The position numbers were made by a program, and so were the translations under genes. A stretch of DNA of 21,693 nucleotides, from the NCBI GenBank assembly GCA_964645535.1, contig CAZYCQ010000055.1, positions 1 through 21,693 of the forward strand, written 5' to 3'. The notes below the pieces were generated by a model. The model was not told the origin of the DNA. It did no database searches and saw nothing but the letters and a program-made list of their open reading frames with translations. Origin of the DNA: an uncultured archaeon. GTDB lineage: Archaea; Asgardarchaeota; Heimdallarchaeia; Heimdallarchaeales; Kariarchaeaceae. Positions 17,357 through 21,693 of this stretch are shown piece by piece (the stretch's first letter is position 1; every line of letters begins with the position of its first letter).

Positions 17357-18289
17357 ATGCAACTGAAAGGACGTGATTTCAAAACTCTTGCAGATTTTTC
17401 CCGTGAGGAAATCCAGTACCTTCTTGATCTTTCTGCCAAATTAAAGGAGAAAATGAAAAAGAAGGAGCTTTATCGTCCCTTGGAAGGTCATTCCATGGCT
17501 ATGATCTTTCAGAAACGATCCACTAGGACCCGTGTCAGTACAGAGACGGGAATCTCCTATCTTGGGGGGCATGCACTGTTCCTTGGGGCATCAGACATCC
17601 AACTTGGAAAGAATGAGACGCTAAAGGACACCGCAAAGGTTCTTTCCCGGTTTAATGACCTGATCCTTGCCAGGGTATTTGCCCATTCCGACATTGACGA
17701 ATTGGCAGAACACTCAACTGTTCCCGTCATTAATGCATTGTCAGACAGTTTCCATCCTTTGCAGATTCTGGCAGATTATCTGACCATCATGGAAAAGTTC
17801 GGCAGACTTGAAGGGCTGACAATCGCATGGGTGGGAGATGGAAACAATGTGCTGCATTCCTTCATGACCTCAGCGGCAAAGATGGGAATGAATCTAAGGA
17901 TTGCCACGCCAGAAGGATACCGACCCGATCCCAAGGTGACAGAAATTGCCAAAAAAGATGCAGAAACCTATGGAACGGAACTGTTCATCACTTCCGATCC
18001 CAAAGAGGCAGTTAAGGGAGCAAACATCATTGTGACAGATACGTGGATCTCCATGGGACAAGATGCCGAAGCAGAGCAGAGATTAAAGGCCTTCGAGGGA
18101 TATCAAGTCACAATGGATCTTGCAAAAGAAGCGGCAGACAATTGGGTGTTTATGCATTGCTTGCCCAGAAAGCCTCATGAGGTCGATGACGAGGTATTTT
18201 ACTCAGACCGTTCCATTGTTTTCGATGAGGCAGAAAACCGAATGTATACAGTCATGGCAGTTGCACTCGCACTTTTGGGGAAGGATTAG
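17357..18289 (+). CDS. argF: Ornithine carbamoyltransferase
   Basis: STRTR carbamoyl-phosphate site, HPLQ, DGNN, DTWISMG (SMG loop), HCLP and EAENR. Start is ATG 17357 or 17345. Confidence 0.96.
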   Translation: MQLKGRDFKTLADFSREEIQYLLDLSAKLKEKMKKKELYRPLEGHSMAMIFQKRSTRTRVSTETGISYLGGHALFLGASDIQLGKNETLKDTAKVLSRFNDLILARVFAHSDIDELAEHSTVPVINALSDSFHPLQILADYLTIMEKFGRLEGLTIAWVGDGNNVLHSFMTSAAKMGMNLRIATPEGYRPDPKVTEIAKKDAETYGTELFITSDPKEAVKGANIIVTDTWISMGQDAEAEQRLKAFEGYQVTMDLAKEAADNWVFMHCLPRKPHEVDDEVFYSDRSIVFDEAENRMYTVMAVALALLGKD

Positions 18290-18335
18290 CAACCTGTCAC
18301 TATTCATTGGGAAACCTTTTGATGAATTGGATTCA

Positions 18336-19073
18336 ATGCTGCTTGTGGTAGCAACCAACCTTCTGTTCTCTTTGGATGGACTCGTTTCTTCACAGATGGA
18401 ACGGCTTTTCAAATTGCTCAAGAAGAACGATACACAAATAACATACCATCGACTTCAGGAAAAGGATTACCCCCATATGAAACAATTGGTTTCTATTCAG
18501 GGAACATTTTCAAAGGAATTTGTCACGGAATTCTCAAGGGTAATTCCTCAAGTGGTTGAGATAGACTTTGACGTTTCCAATTTTCCCCAAATCCATGAGA
18601 CTATCCTTCGTTATGCAACCTTTGTGTGGGAACTGGAGAAAAAGGTCTTTTTGGGAGTAACTGCACTTCCAGTGGAATTTGTGAAGAAACTGGTTTTAGT
18701 GACGGAGAATTTGGATTTTCTCAAGCTTCTTCTACTTACACCGATGGGATCAGCTCTCAAGGGATTTTTGGTAACTAAACCAAAAGGAGCAGTGGCTCTG
18801 CACAATCAAACATTGCAGGTTTTTTTACCTGCCCAACGTCCAGATTTTGTTCATCATTGGTTGGACAAACTAAAAGAAACTTCTGAAACGAGTGTGGAAT
18901 GGTTGTCTGGCATTTCTGGAGAACTTCCAGAGGATCTGCAACAAAACACAGGCCTTCCCTCGAATCTTGAAGAAAATCTTTCACGATGGATTTATCTTGC
19001 ACGTAAGAACAACATTGAAGATTTCAACTTCTCCTACAGGGAGGCAATAGAGATCCTAGGAGGACGGAAATAG
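18336..19073 (+). CDS. Hypothetical alpha/beta protein (~245 aa), translationally coupled to polB
   Basis: The ORF fills the gap between argF and polB. Its stop TAG shares base 19073 with the polB GTG. Start is uncertain (18336, 18345 or 18396). Confidence 0.7.
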   Translation: MLLVVATNLLFSLDGLVSSQMERLFKLLKKNDTQITYHRLQEKDYPHMKQLVSIQGTFSKEFVTEFSRVIPQVVEIDFDVSNFPQIHETILRYATFVWELEKKVFLGVTALPVEFVKKLVLVTENLDFLKLLLLTPMGSALKGFLVTKPKGAVALHNQTLQVFLPAQRPDFVHHWLDKLKETSETSVEWLSGISGELPEDLQQNTGLPSNLEENLSRWIYLARKNNIEDFNFSYREAIEILGGRK

Positions 19074-21693
19074 TGGGACTCGAAAAGTTCCTGGATTTTG
19101 AAGAAGAAAAGCCAAAACAGGAAAGAACTGTTAAAATTTCCAAGAAAACAAAGATGGAGACGGCTCCAACTGAAGAGAATGAGGAAGATGAGCTCGATCT
19201 TGTTGATACCGAGGAAGAGATTGATGAACCTGAGGTTGTCAATCTTCCACAGGATGTAGGATCTGACATTTCAGATGCCTATCTATTGGACTCTGCTTAT
19301 GACGGAACTACCTATAAGGCAAGACTAACCTTCTATAATCAAAAAGGCAGGAACCTTTACTATTGGATCGATACCGGTAGCCATTTACCATACCTGTTGA
19401 CCGATAAGAAGCCGGAGGAAGTCCAACAGATCCCTCAAATAGCCAAGTCAAAATTTTTCAAAGGAACAGAAGTGGTTACCAAACATTCCCTGCTCCGATG
19501 GAAAGATGTCACGCTCACCCGTGTATATGGAACCACTCCAACGGATATCGGAGGTTCACCTACATCATTTCGGGAATTCGTCTACCCTGCATACGAGGCG
19601 AACATAAGATATCACTTCAACTTTCTTGCAGACAAGCAAATCACTACAGCCACATTCTACGACGTAAAGGATGGAAATCTTCGGTCGTCCACCCAACATC
19701 TCCCGGAAAGGGTCACCAAGGAACTTGAAGAGGAATTCAGGGACGAGATACAGGAAGAAAGGGAGATGCTGGGAGAATATATGCCAATTCTTTTCCAGCC
19801 CACACCAGAAGTGAAGCGAGCAGCATTTGATATTGAGGTAGGATCAGAGCAGGGAAGAATGCCAAATGTCCAAAATCCGATTTATCCAGTCATTTCCATT
19901 GCGTTGGTAGGGACTGATGGAAGGAGAATCTTCTGGGTACTAAATCGGCACAGAAAAGGAGAAAGACTTGAAGGGAAAGGGATTGATATCAGAAGATTCG
20001 ACGAAGAACGGGATCTGCTCATTGATTTTTTCAATGTTCTTCCCCAATATCCACTGCTCATTACGTTCAATGGGGACAATTTTGACAATCCCTATCTGTT
20101 CAATAGAGCAAAAAGGCTGAGAATTGACGATATTCCGATCACCATAAGAAGGAATGAAACGGGATTTAAGGAAAGCCTGCACTTTGATCTTCACATTTTC
20201 TTCAGGAATGCCGCCATACGGACCTACGCTTTTGGAGCAGCTTATGAATATGCCTCACTTGATGACATTTCCAATGCCCTACTGGGTGAACGCAAGCTTG
20301 AACATCCAGAGGTGTGGATCAATGATATGGATCTCCAAACGCTCATGAACTACAATATGCAGGATACTGAGCTTACCCTCAAGCTCACCACTTTTGACAA
20401 TTCATTGGTAATGCGACTAGTCTATATTCTTATGAGAATAACAAAGGTTCCTTTCACAGATTTTGTTCGCACTAATGTCTCCACATGGCTGAAATATTGG
20501 CTGATCTATGAGCACCGCAAAAGGAATTACTTGGTTCCCCTCAAAGAGGAGATAGCCGCGGTTGGAGGAGGTGCAGGAGAATCCCATGCCATCATTGAGG
20601 GAAAAAAATACCAAGGGGCAATCGTCATTGATCCGAAACCGGGAGTATGGTGGAACGTCCAAGTCCTTGATTTCGCCTCGCTGTACCCCTCAATCATCAA
20701 GACAAGGAACCTTTCGTACGAGACAATCAACTGCCCGCATCAGGAATGCAGGAGTAACCGCGTTCCAGAGCTTTCCTATTGGGTCTGCACCAAAAAGGTG
20801 GGTATTGTCTCCCTTATGATCGGTTTTGTCAGGGATGTGCGAGTCAAGTACTTCAAGCCCAAGAAGAAGGAGAATCCCGATTTCAAGGTCATCGAGCAAG
20901 CTCTCAAAGTTCTCATCAATGCGGGATATGGTGTGCTGGGAAGTGCTGCCTTTGATTTCTATTGTCTGCCTGTTGCAGAATCCACTACGGCCTACGCAAG
21001 AGATGCCATCATGAAAACCAAAAAGTTCGTTGAGGAACAGCTCAATCTCCAAGTGCTCTATGGCGACACCGATTCAGTCTTCGTGTACAATCCCTCGGAA
21101 GAGCAGATCAATCGATTGAAGAAATGGGCCATTGATAACCTGAAAATTGAACTGGGAAAGGACTATGACTTTCGCTACGCAATCTTCACAGACAGGAAGA
21201 AAAATTACCTAGGAATCACCAAGTCCGGTAAACCAATTGTCAAGGGACTTGTAGCCAAGAAGAAGAATACTCCCAATGTAATCAGGGAATACTTTGACAA
21301 AATGTTGAAAGTTCTCTCAGAAGTAACGGACGAAGCAACCCTGCAAGTGGCGAGAAACCGAATCAAGGATCTGTTGAAGGAACTTGTCAACAGGATCAAG
21401 AACAATGATCTGTCAATTGATGACGTGGTAATCCGAACTACCTTCACCAGGAGGGTGAAGGATTATGAAACCTGGACACAGCCCATACAGGCACTTGCTC
21501 AACTTCTTGAGGCAGGTATTCCCGAGGCGGAACAAATCGATGTGGGAGACACCATCGAATATGTCCCCATTCAAAGTCCCGTCAAGGTAAAGATCACCTC
21601 CAAACGACTTGCATTTCCAATCGGTGAGGTAAGGAGTGCAACCGTCAAGCCAGTACAACTGGTGGATCCTGAAAATGATCTGCTGGGGAAGAA
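19073..21693 (+). CDS. polB: Family B DNA polymerase, PolB1-type (3' partial)
   Basis: Absent from the ORF track because there is no stop in the window. GGAGGA SD plus GTG. ExoI AFDIEV, ExoII FNGDNFD, ExoIII YNMQD, KKYQGA, DFASLYPS, KVLINAGYG, YGDTDS and KKNY. N-terminal 'YLLDSAYDG..KARLTFY...HLPYLL' and 'YCLPVAES' are PolB1-like. Confidence 0.95.
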   Translation, partial: MGLEKFLDFEEEKPKQERTVKISKKTKMETAPTEENEEDELDLVDTEEEIDEPEVVNLPQDVGSDISDAYLLDSAYDGTTYKARLTFYNQKGRNLYYWIDTGSHLPYLLTDKKPEEVQQIPQIAKSKFFKGTEVVTKHSLLRWKDVTLTRVYGTTPTDIGGSPTSFREFVYPAYEANIRYHFNFLADKQITTATFYDVKDGNLRSSTQHLPERVTKELEEEFRDEIQEEREMLGEYMPILFQPTPEVKRAAFDIEVGSEQGRMPNVQNPIYPVISIALVGTDGRRIFWVLNRHRKGERLEGKGIDIRRFDEERDLLIDFFNVLPQYPLLITFNGDNFDNPYLFNRAKRLRIDDIPITIRRNETGFKESLHFDLHIFFRNAAIRTYAFGAAYEYASLDDISNALLGERKLEHPEVWINDMDLQTLMNYNMQDTELTLKLTTFDNSLVMRLVYILMRITKVPFTDFVRTNVSTWLKYWLIYEHRKRNYLVPLKEEIAAVGGGAGESHAIIEGKKYQGAIVIDPKPGVWWNVQVLDFASLYPSIIKTRNLSYETINCPHQECRSNRVPELSYWVCTKKVGIVSLMIGFVRDVRVKYFKPKKKENPDFKVIEQALKVLINAGYGVLGSAAFDFYCLPVAESTTAYARDAIMKTKKFVEEQLNLQVLYGDTDSVFVYNPSEEQINRLKKWAIDNLKIELGKDYDFRYAIFTDRKKNYLGITKSGKPIVKGLVAKKKNTPNVIREYFDKMLKVLSEVTDEATLQVARNRIKDLLKELVNRIKNNDLSIDDVVIRTTFTRRVKDYETWTQPIQALAQLLEAGIPEAEQIDVGDTIEYVPIQSPVKVKITSKRLAFPIGEVRSATVKPVQLVDPENDLLGK

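Noticed and set aside
18120-18335. Longer start for the ORF upstream of polB
   Set aside because: It overlaps the conserved OTC C-terminus by 170 nt.
19073-21693. Intein or inactivation in polB
   Set aside because: Motifs A, B and C are contiguous with normal spacing, and all catalytic acidic residues are present.
1-21693. CRISPR array, IS element or long tandem repeats
   Set aside because: No regularly spaced repeats, terminal inverted repeats or transposase motifs were seen by eye.

Overview
Archaeal chromosomal segment. The best inference is an Asgard/Heimdallarchaeia-like genome, based on a eukaryote-type OTC, eukaryote-like uS11 residues, a PolB1-type polymerase and broken conserved operons. 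From left to right: OsmC-family protein, stand-alone DnaQ-like exonuclease, tRNA-Val(GAC), two large minus-strand ORFans that may be one ~1,080-aa gene split by a +1 frameshift, a Cys-rich small protein, FAU-1 (RNase E/G-like), an HHE/hemerythrin protein, and exosome Csl4-SWIM-DUF2095. An AT-rich secreted pair (S8 subtilase plus SBBP beta-propeller surface protein) follows. Then come rps13-rps4-rps11 (without rpoD), a class V aminotransferase, a coupled DUF354-AglH/ALG7-small 2-TM module, ornithine carbamoyltransferase, an unknown ORF coupled to polB, and a family B DNA polymerase running off the right edge. The best candidates for something undescribed are the three-gene N-glycan initiation module, the frameshifted giant ORF, the strand-skew switch at the tRNA, the eukaryote-like OTC and the Cys/His cluster in PolB. 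No CRISPR array, transposase, integrase or intein was seen. All family calls come from motif recognition by eye; no searches were run.
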